Under the pieces are notes generated by a model. That model had not been told where the DNA came from. It searched no databases and saw only the letters and a program-made list of their open reading frames with translations. Shown here piece after piece: positions 1 to 11,634 of a DNA stretch of 64,000 nt. The DNA comes from Antedon mediterranea (lineage: Eukaryota > Animalia > Echinodermata). Location: assembly GCF_964355755.1 (NCBI RefSeq), contig NC_092678.1:20105365-20169364 (forward strand). Reading direction: 5' to 3'. Position 1 is the first letter of the stretch. Each line of letters opens with the position of its first letter. Both the position numbers and the translations under genes were made by a program.

Positions 1-42
1 TTTGGTTTGGTCAAGCCGAGAAGAAGTACTGTAATGGTCACA

Positions 43-549
43 CTACTTGACTTCAATCGGTCCGTTAAAATTACAATTGACTTGTTTTGGACGCATTTGT
101 GTTTTGCAGTCTCTCAAGATGTATTGTTGTTGGTTGTCAATTTCTAACGTTGGGCTACTACATGTTGAGGATGATCTAGATTCAGTTGATGATGTTTCAC
201 TATCGTAAAAGGTACAAATCGAACCATCTTCACCAATGCGATAAGCTACTTCGAAGGGATCAACCCATATGGTTAATTCGCTAGGGAGAAGCTTCTGGAT
301 ACGACTGCGTGGGATACCAGCAGCAATGGCTGACTGGAGAATTAACGGGTCCATATTGAGAATGTTGATCCGCATACACCTAAATCCACTTCCTCTGACT
401 GGTCGTTCGGGAAACCAGTGTTTCTCGTACTTTTCGTTCAATCTTGAATCAAGTTCTGTACAGAAATCTTCCAAAACATTTTCCGGTACCCGTCGAGTAC
501 GGAGTAAATTAGAAAGGAACGTCACGGCGCTTGTAATTTCTTCAATCAT
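43..549 (-). CDS. BTG1: BTG/Tob antiproliferative protein, BTG1/BTG2-like, 168 aa, single coding exon
   Basis: Box A (YEKHWFPERPVRGSGFRCMRIN), Box B (LPSELTIWVDPFEVAYRIGE) and a Box C-like DGSIC, followed by a Ser-rich tail. Box C and the short length point to BTG1/2 rather than Tob or BTG3/4; probably co-orthologous to both BTG1 and BTG2. Confidence 0.93.
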   Translation of the reverse strand: MIEEITSAVTFLSNLLRTRRVPENVLEDFCTELDSRLNEKYEKHWFPERPVRGSGFRCMRINILNMDPLILQSAIAAGIPRSRIQKLLPSELTIWVDPFEVAYRIGEDGSICTFYDSETSSTESRSSSTCSSPTLEIDNQQQYILRDCKTQMRPKQVNCNFNGPIEVK

Positions 550-879
550 TTTAAAATAGTAATTCTAAATTCTTCTTTAAATAGTTTTACTGCTACTGAA
601 AAGTAGATAGTAAAGTTCCAAAAATGGAATCTTATTCAGCTCTTTGTTTTTGTCAAAAAAAACAAGATGTCTTCCGATGTTTTTACAATCACTTTACAAA
701 ACGTTCTGAAATTTAACTTTCCACAGCATCAAAATACTCAAAAAAGATTTTCGTGGGATATAATGACTAATCTCAACTGATTTCGAGTAATAAAATGCCG
801 AATAATGTATGGAAGACGGTAAAAAAATTAAAAACTGTGAGGTTTTTACCGTCACGAACTTGCCTTCATCGTTACTTTC

Positions 880-1010
880 TGCATCTGGACGCTGAGTCAG
901 GGCATACGCTTGTTTTATTTCTCATTGTCCTCTTCGGCTTGTGTGGGCTACGTCATAAGCAGGCTATAATCCAACCAATCAGTGAATAGCAATTAGTGAC
1001 GTTACAAGGC
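880..1010 (-). promoter_or_regulatory. Putative BTG proximal promoter
   Basis: Within 130 bp: AP-1 TGAGTCA (893-899), TATA-like AATAAAA on minus (~913-919), CRE-like TACGTCA (949-955), CCAAT (975-979) and TGACGT (997-1002), about 350-450 bp upstream of the ATG. Confidence 0.5.
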
Positions 1011-2504
1011 TTAGTATATTATTTTGTCAACATAGGTCATTCATTCCTTTTTTGTTATGAAGATTAAACAATGGGGAAAACCACTATCTAAATAGGGGTG
1101 TGGGTGGCTATTAATAGATCGTGTTCTTGTTTGCTGATGGAAAGTCTAATATTTCATAACTGTTACGTTAATAGTTTATCAATATTGTTATCTCTATGGG
1201 AAAGATAAGTCCTACCATTACAAAATATCCTCGTACAATACCGTACTGTATAAGAAACCCGATGTGGCACAAACAATACTGATCACAAATGCACCAACCC
1301 AATTAAGATCTAGTCTTGAAGATAAATATGTTTCCAATTTGCGGGTATTTATGTTCAATAATTAAACGTAGACTTCTTGATAGTTAACTTGTCAGACTAT
1401 AGTGAAATAATAAGTATATTAATTTATTTAAGCCTATCACCATCGTGATCAGACGACAGGCAACATAGTCGCTAAGTATCCTGGGCGATGAAAACAATCT
1501 GAATACCAAGACCCTTTTCTACATTATTGTATCGTGTATGTGTTGTGTTTCTTCTTGTTCTCTCTTCTGATTCGTATCTTTTTTCATATTATAAACATAA
1601 TACATCATGTAAAAACAGTACATAACATACTTCCTGACCTATAGTTTGTATTTAGTCTGACAAAGGTTGTTTTGTTTATTTTTAGTTTAATTGTCTATCT
1701 GATAAATGATGTCAGTTTTTATAAGATACATAAATATGTAAAGTACTGTACTGTAATTCAGCCTTACTTGTTCGTGTTGTTATTTTCCCTTATTTATAAC
1801 ATAAGTGGATGTAAACAAACTAATCATTCAGCCATATTTGTTGTTATTATAAAAGATGTTAGTTCTGGAACGTCTTGTTGATTTTGGCAGGATTTTTGTA
1901 TTTATATTGTACCTAAAGAATGGCAGTTCTGAACTTCTGGGGCGTGGTTGAGATTGTGATGTTTGGGGAGGGGACCACACACAATAATAACTTGATGCTC
2001 TGTCTGTGTACTGAAAATTCTTTTGGAATGACGTTTCATTGTTTTCAATTTCTTGCGATCGATCTATGCATGAGGTCTAATCGTTCATGCGGCACGTAAA
2101 CAGTGTTAAAGATCAGTTTGAGGGCGTAGTGTCAATGTACTGAAGTTATGTAGCTCCTCGTGAAGAAAAAAAAAGTTGACTGAAACGAAAAAAAAAAAAC
2201 CACATTTTATGTTGCTCTACTTAGACTATTATTTCTTGGTTGTGGCACGACGTGACAATTCTATCGTTTCGTGTAAAATAACCGAATTAGAGTATTGTGT
2301 GACGTCATTGTTAGTAGTCGTACAGAACGTGCCTGAATGCATATTCTTTCAGAACAGCAACAGAAAACAAAAACAAAAAAAGGGGGGGGGGGCGTTGTTT
2401 GAGTAATAGCCTTGTTTCAGGGAGTTATTATCTGTAACTGTACCTTTGAAGAAACACATGACGAAGAAAGGTTAGCTTCCATGGGTCTGAACAGGGCCTA
2501 ATAA

Positions 2505-3584
2505 GGCCCTGTTCAGACCCATGGCGTTAGACCGTTTTAGCGTACGACGCTAAAAGAATGTGTGTCTGAACAGTTGGGGATTAGCGTACAACGCGTCGTA
2601 CAATGGTTGTAGCGTTGTAGTGGAAAACGGTTGATAGTACCGTTTTAGCGTACGACGCTACTGTAAGTCAACGTTGTATCCAATCAGAACATTTCCTGTT
2701 ATGACGCGAAAAAATGTTTGACCTAGGCTGACATCTTGTATCGTCAATGTGTGAGATGGATTTCAATAACAAAAAGGCCAGAATAAATAAGGCCTAACTA
2801 CACTACAAATACAACTGTTACAAAGGCTACAAACTATTATCAACTGATTACCATTATATTTTCTAACAAATGACATAAATGCATGCACCTTGTATTTAAA
2901 CATAGGGACTACGATCCCATCCGCTTTTAGGCCTAGCTAGGCCTAGAGCCATTCACGCATTTCATTCAGGCTAAAAACTAGCGTGGGACATCAAGTCACT
3001 CATTCATACAAGGCATACTAGACTGGACAAGTTTAATGCTGAAAACCCCCTAACTCCTAAAAAAAAGCCAGTAAACAAACAAGGGGAGCTGTGTCCCTTT
3101 TATTAGCAAGTTAAGGGTTATTTTCAACCGACTGGACCAAAGAATATATATCTTTGACTGGACTGGATAGACTAATCACAATCATTTTTTTCTTCATCAT
3201 TACGAGGCCTGCTCTATTTTCGTAACACAAGAGCCTGGGGAAAATGTTTTTTACTACAAAATAAAAACAATAGAAACAGAAATTTGGCTTTACTATATTT
3301 TTCTTAAATAAATGCTGAGGTATGTTTTATTTACGGCAAATTTTGTCATAATTGTAGGGCTGAGATCTAGGCCTATATACAGTGGAAATAATGATGAAAA
3401 CACGTGGGTAAGAGCACATGAATATGCAACTAGAAACAACCTGGATGACGTACTTCCGCCGTTGTAACGATAATCGTACGCTATGGGTCTGAACACCTCG
3501 TTTTTTTCTCTGCGGTTTGTAACGTGACCTTGATAGTAACGTTGTACGCTAAAACGGTCTAACGCCATGGGTCTGAACAGGGCC
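2505..3584. mobile_element. Non-autonomous DNA transposon, PIF/Harbinger-like, ~1.08 kb
   Basis: ~40-bp perfect TIRs (GGCCCTGTTCAGACCCATGGCGTTAGACCGTTTTAGCGTAC); flanks are TAA/TTA; subterminal repeats; no ORF. Confidence 0.85.
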
Positions 3585-4661
3585 TTATATGTTGATTATT
3601 ATTAATTTTAGGATAAAATAATTTAGGGAATTTGTACAAAAACAATCAGACATTTCCCTTCTTTCATTTTGTTCTTCCTTTTCTTATCTTTCTTTCTTTC
3701 TTATTTCTTTAACGGTATGTATCAGTATAATAGAAATGGTTAAATGACGCCATTTGCGTCAGGAGTTAGGATGACAGAACCATGATATGGCAACATATCC
3801 CGACAACAAATCCTAAAAAACAGCATACGTTTTGTAGCCTGTGTGTAACTAGACAACTTGAAGATGAGTTCTTCTCAAATATTGGTAGAAGGAGGGGGAA
3901 AGACAGTATAATCTGAAATGTTTTAAGGATAGGCGTATACCTAAGGCCTAGCTCAGCTTCTAAAATTAGCGCGGCGAAAAGGCCTACGTGCCGAGTCGCA
4001 TATATCATGGCATAAATAAAGACACTTTCCTCCATGGCCGAGCCTACTATATTGTATATAATATATATATTGCTTATATACTGTATATGGTTTAAACAAA
4101 ATTATTTCTCCGTTGATAATATTAAAAGATGCGACAAAATCAACACACAACAAACAAAATTACATCGAACGCCCTCTATAGTTTGATCTCACCAAGGGTA
4201 GGTGCGTTTATTTATTTATTATTGAATAAAACCTTACTTTTTAAAACATCAAAACGTGTTTTGATCAAGGGAGTTTGTGATTTTTAATACACACACGTTT
4301 TCTTTCATATTCATATTTCTTAAAAACATTTTTTAATAACTTGTATACAGTAGTATAATTATAATGAATATTGTTTTTAAACAGTGTTTTATAGTAGCCT
4401 ATACATATGATATTCTAGCCTAGTATAATTATGATAAAGATACCATGAATTCGTAGTTATATAATAATTGTAATTAGTACAGTACTTCTATTCTATGTCA
4501 TTGCTTTAATTAACATATTTAAATCTGTGATTGCATAACGTAATTTGAATAAATTATTTTACTTAACATAAATGGAATGTTTTTTAATCTTAACAACAAA
4601 AGCTACGGTTACCATTTATACAGTTGAAAAATATTATTCTAATAAGATCCGTAACAGTTAA

Positions 4662-4999
4662 AGATGTACTGTCCCCCCAAAACCTGAAAAATAAAGATTA
4701 ATAAAATCAGACTTTGAATAGATTATTTTGTCATTTTAATAAAGTTAATCACTTCCGTAGAAAAAAACCCGAAAAAATTATGTTTTCACTTATAAAATGA
4801 CAAAATAAATAGTTAGATTGAACTAAAAACCCATTAGCAGCCAATTTGACTATTTTTTGCTTTAAATTACAGTTTTTTCAGTAAATAAATTGGTTTTCGA
4901 TACAATTTTTGGTCAAAAGGGATAACTTTTATTTGACATTAAAATGGCATATTCAACAAAGAAAATGTAAACAATTATTTTTCAGGGGACAATACATCT
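4662..4999 (+). mobile_element. ~340-bp TTAA-TSD MITE, Kolobok-like (family K), complete copy
   Basis: TTAA|AGATGTACTGTCCCC...GGGGACAATACATCT|TTAA; three more copies in the window. Confidence 0.85.
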
Positions 5000-6294
5000 T
5001 TAAACTTATATACGATCAATTACAGTTTAAATTAAAATACAAAATCGCGATCAGTTCACTCTCTCCATAACATGAGTTGTTGAACTGATCAAATGCCGGT
5101 TTAGGCTCAACTATGCTGATTCATCAGATTTTATCAAAAATCACTTAACTAAAAGCAATTTCAAATAGATAAATTTACATTCAAATTTCGAAAGATTTAG
5201 ACGCAGATGTACAGGGCATGCGTAATACATATGTTATGCTTTGCGAATTCCTGTTTTCAGACACTTTCGAACTCAACCACACCATTGAGGTATATACCTC
5301 CATGACCACACTAACTGTATAAATGGTTACTGCGCATGTATCTTCTGGAGAACTAAGTATTGACATTAGAGGGCAGCAAACATACAATTGGAATTATTGT
5401 TATGGAAGACTTTGAAAAGTGGACGAAAAGCATAATATTAGGCCTAAGATATAAAATAAGTAAAATATTCAAATATAAACATAAGTAGTTCATGGTGGAA
5501 AAATGTTAATTTGCTATGACTAATTTAACGGTGTCAAATAGGGCCTAGACTCTCGAGAACATAACGGCCTTGCTTGACTGAGTAGCGTACAATACGGTAA
5601 ATTCCTTTACTCCTCGTATGTTAAGCCCGAGTATAATATTCGTGCGATATGTAACAAAAATCACATTTATATGTAACTATGTAGGCTTACATGTTACTGT
5701 CCGTTTTAACTTGAAAGCAGAAGATTATACCTTACGTTTTCAACAGGTTGCCGTTAGTAGTAGATGTACCAAAGTACAGGCCTAGCCTACCGGTATTGCG
5801 AAAATCATAGAGATATTATAGGCATAGTACGTCTCTTAAAAGTCTCATGTAAAAAACACATTATAACCACAATGTAGGCCTATATAACTATATATTCACG
5901 TTACATAATGTCAATTGAGCCATAACGCCTACTTCAATAACAAAGGTGGAAAGGATTATTAGCGTTGAAATTCCACTGACTCTCTATGTGATTAAATATG
6001 ATTAATTATCAAGTGGAACATAGAAGATGTAAAACGTTAAATGCATATTCAGAAAATGTAGGTAATGTATATATGTTGCCGAACCCAAACGTTTAACGTA
6101 GGTTATCTGTTAAAACGACAATTTTAGCGAAAGTTTCATTTAGCGGGATATGCCGTGTGTTCGGTTGAAACTAATACACAAGGGGTACGTTTGTTCACTT
6201 ATTGTATAATATTGTAGTCAAATAGTATGTTTACCTACATCATTATCAATTATTTAAAACCATACTAGTAATATATTATGTCGTCATTTTAAGG

Positions 6295-6357
6295 AAAGGA
6301 TGGAGATCGAACCTAACTACTCGATATTAGGACGGAGGACGATACCATACGACCATA
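6295..6357 (-). mobile_element. Degenerate tRNA-derived SINE head or tRNA pseudogene
   Basis: Minus strand has A-box-like TGGTCGTATGG and B-box-like GGTTCGATCTC at tRNA-like spacing; no intact acceptor stem. Confidence 0.35.
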
Positions 6358-6645
6358 ATTTTGATGCAATCATTAACGTCATATACTATTTCTTTTTCAT
6401 TAGGAAATCATGCTTGTATCAGACCACCTTAGCAGCATAACTAAACATTGCATTTGAATTATCAAGCAAAAAAAAAAGGAATTGGAAGAACGTTGAAAAG
6501 ACGCTGAAATAATTCGGTGAAAACGGTAAGCGTTTGTCATGTTATATTTATTCGTGTTGTTAAAGACATTGTTAAGTTATCGGAGATTACGGTTCATGTG
6601 CCGCGCCTTGCACGTCTGTTAAACTCCTGTGTGATGTAAATACAA

Positions 6646-6723
6646 CAGTAACCCCTTCTTTGTGACCCCTATTAATAAGGGGACACCCATTTCCCAACGG
6701 TGTCCCCTAAATAAAGGTTACTG
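6646..6723. mobile_element. Tigger/pogo-like mini-MITE (family T)
   Basis: CAGTAACC...GGTTACTG termini with internal GGGGACAC/GTGTCCCC inverted motifs; relatives at 9433, ~43836 and 45006. Confidence 0.55.
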
Positions 6724-9432
6724 TATTATGAAACAGTTTGTGCAAATAAGTGCAACGAGTTACCATTTTCAGTTGAAGAGGAAACATAATAACTCTACGT
6801 ATACACACGTAACGACATGTTATGCAAATTAGTTCCTCGTGATGTTGCGTGTTTATTCTAGTGGTTTTTTTTTCTTATTGGTGATGTCATCATTTTAAAA
6901 TGTATTCTACGATCTTGTTCTTCACATCATCAATCAAGTCATGGGTTAATTTAGCAAAAATATAATATTGATCCTTTCCGACTTCATAAATTATTCAGAT
7001 TTTTTATTTATCGTCAAGGATATCATGAACTGAATGCGCGTACTATGTGACGCGCGCGTTGATGATATGATGAAATATTGTACGCGCATTTAACATGTGT
7101 CTTATTGTAGAGTCACTATTATTTCTACTGACATTCTAAGATAAGAACGAGATGGCGTGATTCCCTTAAATACATCGTGGTATTCGGCGTAATATCTTTC
7201 TGTTGGTAATCTTTAAGGATATTATCCACTGTAATTCCATACATTTATATATATAAAGATTAATAATTCCATTTATCATTATGACAAAGTCACTGAACTT
7301 AATGAATTGAAAAGACTATTATTTGCTTCCCACCTTCTCATTAACGACCGGTTATTTTTAAAATTCTACTGCATTTCGGGGTTTTCTTGTAATCCGTGTA
7401 TGGCCCAGTTGTATTTTCATCTTCAGTAAATAGTATTGACATGATCAGCGGTAATTTACACATTTTCTTAATTGGAAAGGGTATGACGTGTATTAATTAG
7501 GTTATATTGTGTTTAATATCATACACAGTTAGTGTATAAGTGTATTGCATTAAATATTATAATATTTTTGTTCACAAATTATAGCATGGCTATCAATCAA
7601 TGAAACTAAAATAATTATAGTCGTGCTGAAACAGTGAGGTTCAGAAAAGGACATGCTACAACTAATACATCACAATGAATGTGGTATTTAGCGATGTTAC
7701 ATTGTTGTACAATCATATTAGTGATATACTGTTGTAGTGTGTTACCGAGTTTGTTTTCGCGCCGCGCCTTTAGGCAGTTATATTCCCAGAGGAAGTAAGC
7801 ATTAAGAAGCGAAACGCGAAACTATAGTACTATAGGCTGACAGAATTGATAATTTGTAAACTAATTTATAGGTCCATGCTCGACCCATACCATGCAGTCT
7901 GTTTGTAGGCTAGCTGTCAAAGTAAGCCGGGTATAATAAATACTATAGTTTAGTTTATGAGTAGGCCTACCACGAATATTCATGATTCATTTTCATATTT
8001 TAGACACGTTAGTAGGCCTATTTTTTTGTACAGTGGTTATATCAATGGTATTTCAGATAAAGGTATACAGTAATATGAAACATTTTTAGGAGTCTATTTT
8101 GTTGATTACAATGCTAAGAGTTTTTGGTTTTTATATATTTTTACATTAATATATTGTTTATTTCCATATGTAGTATATAAACATGTCAGTACAGAATTGT
8201 GTTTCTACATGGTGCAATAGTTTGTAATAGAGAGAGTATAAAGCAGTCTATTTTGTTTCTAATTTATTCTATTTGTTTACGGTACTTGCTATAATGTTCA
8301 GGATTTTCAAATTCATGAAGTGTATATTACTGTGATTTACATTGATTACACGTCGTTTTATTTTGGCAATCATTTGCGAGGCACACGTTTTGACATTGAG
8401 GACGCTATTATACACGTACGATAGGTCTAAGGGTTAGTTAGAGTTACTACTTTAAGCTAATATCTGGTTTTACAAATCTAATAGAGTGAGATTTATTGTG
8501 CAGCAAATTATAACAATTTAATACAATAATATTGCTATTGTTATAATAGGCAAAGAGAGAAACATCGCATATTATAGGAGCTTTTTCGAGACAGGTGTGG
8601 TTATTTGATTGGTAAATTCTCAATAGGTGTCTGTATATTCTTTAGTGTTGTCATGTGTGTGCTAGAGAGACATAACGTGAAATTCACGCGCAGAATAGCC
8701 TACCATTTGACGCGAGTATATAAACGCTATCAAAACTGTACAAACCATTACAAACGTATAGCGATAGCGTTCATGAGCTTCGCGCATGCGTGCTAGACAA
8801 GCGAGGCAATGTATGCTGAGCGAGATTTAGGCCTAATCATAATCGGTTTGAACTTTATTTAATAATTGTCATATTTCTTTTATATATTGATGTTGATCTA
8901 TACATTTCGTCCGGTGACTATACCGCAAAAGAACAGCAATATTTTTTTATGCATTTTTGAACGCGCACTGTAACAGATTTAGGAGGTTTTTTTTATCCAT
9001 TTTTACCAAAATCATCTATTTCAGCCAGAACTCATTATGGCTTGTTTTTAGTTTGATGATAGATCTATTCCGAACCATCTGGTAAAAGAATACAAAACAC
9101 ATTAATATATAATAACATTTTTTGAAGATCCATTCATTCTGAAGGGCACAACAAGCTAACATACATTTAAATGTAACATTTTACATACATTTTTGTGCGC
9201 TAGCCAGAGAGGAATTTGGTTAAAACCTGTTTAAATATGTCGGTTTATGCAGTGCAACATTGAATGCTTACAAATTACGTATAATCAAGAGCGAACAGTC
9301 ACGTAATGCTGTCAGTAAAATGTTCGCTAAATGTAAATGTTTGGTTGGCATAGCAACAAAAAAACATTTGGTGATTAATATCGTGTGAATATCTTGAATG
9401 ATCTATACTCAACATCCCATTGTCTTCTTCTA

Positions 9433-9588
9433 CAGTATAACTCCTCCTTTGGGACACCCCGAATAAGGGGACACTTTCCCAGGATATGAACCAATGAAAA
9501 CATATTATATTTTAACACACATCCAATCTGGCTTTTCAACAGACACTTGGTTGTGTCTCAATTGTGTCCTCTTAACAGGGGTTCTCTG
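9433..9588. mobile_element. Tigger/pogo-like MITE (family T)
   Basis: TA|CAGTATAAC start, repeated GGGACAC motifs, degenerate right TIR. Confidence 0.55.
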
Positions 9589-10246
9589 CATACGACGATA
9601 AGAACATGTGGTTTTGGTAGTCTGTTCACGCTATTGGCTGAATAAGTGGGTATAATGAAAAAAGATTAACAATTTAGGCCTAACTATAAACAGCATAATT
9701 TAAATTTTGAAGAAGCAGCGCATAGAAATGGTAAATTTGCAGAAATTGCCATTATAGAGATTTAGTGCATTAATGCTAAGGCTTATTTAGTTATAAAATA
9801 TCTTATGTTTGTAATATTGCGCGCAAAACATTAAGATAACGTTATTGAAGTTAAGAAGTCTGACATGGACATACTGGTTTAAAATGGAAAATGGTGTTTG
9901 GTACGTATTCGTGTGGAGCGTAGTTATTTAGTAATATAAACGATTTTTTACTATAACTTAAGGACAATATTTAAAGATATACGAGGCTTAATTCCACATG
10001 TTGCAGTGGAAGCTTTGTAGATCCATGTATAATAATGCTGACATTTTGATCACAACAGTAATCGCAATCGCAATCGTTTGCCATCGTTCAAGTGTTCCTT
10101 ACAATTCAACAGAATCTTCCTCTGTGGCATATTCCAAAAGACGTCTTAGGACTCTTGCCCATGAATAAAGGGTCGTTGAGCTCTATGAATCATGCAAAAT
10201 TTTATAGCATGGCTCCGTAGCATAACTAACTATATATTAACTTTGG

Positions 10247-11323
10247 TCACGAACAATCATCGAATTCTCCAGCGACGTAAAACACTGCACAACATTTCTC
10301 ACGGTGTCCACTTTCCCAATGCTGTCGTTGGCACTGTATGCTGCAGTATCGCGACAGCTTGCAGTTCCCACAAAGCTTAAGTGTCACTACGCAGTTTTCG
10401 TCTGACTTCTTACATGTCGGGAGTGAACACCACTTGACTGGTATGTCAGCATTGTTATTGTTCAATATCGGGCGGTTCCAGTTCTCACTGCACAGCCCTA
10501 CAGGGTAATGACTAATGATGCCATTCGCACGTCGTAAGTTTTCACCAACTCGCCCAGCGAGTTCAAAAATCTTCAGACGTCTGCCTTCTTCATGAGTCTT
10601 TAGATCATTGCAGTATTGTGATATTGACTTGAAGACCAATCCAGTATCAACGTATTCCTTTCCAACGGCTCCTGGAGACGTTATGATATTCAAGATTCGC
10701 AAACACGACTCTCCGTGCTCTGAGTTTTTAACTTTAGGAAGACAGCAGACAATTAACTGCAGAAGGCCACTCGTGCTAAAGTCAATTTTTGACGTGAAAC
10801 CAACTTCCCCGTTGCACAGCAACATGTTGTGAACAATGGCATATATAGCTCTGGACACACTGTCCGCTTGTGCGCAGCTTTCCATAGCCATCATTGTATG
10901 GCGTTTTTCTGGTTTCATATTTTGCGTCAGACTATGAATGAATATTGGAAATATCCCTCTGCTTTTGGCGGCAATTCTTTTTCTCCCACTGCCGTACGCA
11001 CACGCCATCCAAACTAATTCGAGTACATTGTGAAATAAAAATTCCTCTTTTACGCTGTGTAAAATTTGTAGGTGAGCGAGGCATATTTCCAGGCATGTTT
11101 CTGTTATCGTTTGCACGTAGCGCCAATAAAGATCACGTGATGATTCAGGCAAGATGGCAAGGGCTTTGAGGAAGTCACGTAATCTCCATTGATCTTGAAG
11201 CGATGACGCGTTACGAATCCAACTATCAACTCGCTCCGCTTCCTCTTCAATCGAATACTCACTAAGGTCCATTGCCATTGTGGTATATGTATCTTGTAAA
11301 ATTCTAACGTATTTATACAACAT
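10247..11323 (-). CDS. Uncharacterised helical-domain protein with C-terminal MYND zinc finger (paralogue 1); alternative start at 11278 (MAMDLSEY)
   Basis: Uninterrupted 358-codon ORF. C-terminal CSLPTC...CGNC...YCSIQCQRQHWESGHREKC fits MYND spacing. Clearly similar to 34271-35392. An in-frame TAG at 11330-11332 closes the ORF upstream. Confidence 0.88.
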   Translation of the reverse strand: MLYKYVRILQDTYTTMAMDLSEYSIEEEAERVDSWIRNASSLQDQWRLRDFLKALAILPESSRDLYWRYVQTITETCLEICLAHLQILHSVKEEFLFHNVLELVWMACAYGSGRKRIAAKSRGIFPIFIHSLTQNMKPEKRHTMMAMESCAQADSVSRAIYAIVHNMLLCNGEVGFTSKIDFSTSGLLQLIVCCLPKVKNSEHGESCLRILNIITSPGAVGKEYVDTGLVFKSISQYCNDLKTHEEGRRLKIFELAGRVGENLRRANGIISHYPVGLCSENWNRPILNNNNADIPVKWCSLPTCKKSDENCVVTLKLCGNCKLSRYCSIQCQRQHWESGHREKCCAVFYVAGEFDDCS

Positions 11324-11525
11324 TAATCTCTAATATGATAGAACACACACAGGATAAAAATTCCACAACTTGGTTTAATTTGACCATTGCTAGCAATGGA
11401 AGTGTTCGAGTCAACGCTAGTAGTTTGATGTTGACGTAGAACATTACGAAACACCCGCGTGCACTGTTTGATAGTACATGTGGTAATCCAAAGGACATAT
11501 GTTGCTCGTTTCCAAAATCATGATC

Positions 11526-11550
11526 CTGTAAAAGTAGAGAAATGTCAAAT
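11526..11550 (-). other. Candidate 3' splice acceptor of a 5'-UTR intron for MYND paralogue 1 (exon would start at 11525)
   Basis: Minus strand reads atttgacatttctctacttttacag|G: branch-like TTGAC, a pyrimidine tract and CAG. Confidence 0.55.
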
Positions 11551-11634
11551 TATAACCAGAACTTATAAACTGAACACAATTCTAGTCGATTGTGCGACTT
11601 GGCACCAAAGACTACAACTGCGCATTTGCATATT

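Noticed and set aside
10247-11323. Assigning ZMYND10, SMYD, ANKMY or PDCD2 symbols to the MYND ORFs
   Set aside because: No SET, ankyrin or PDCD2_C motifs, and too little recognisable similarity to ZMYND10.
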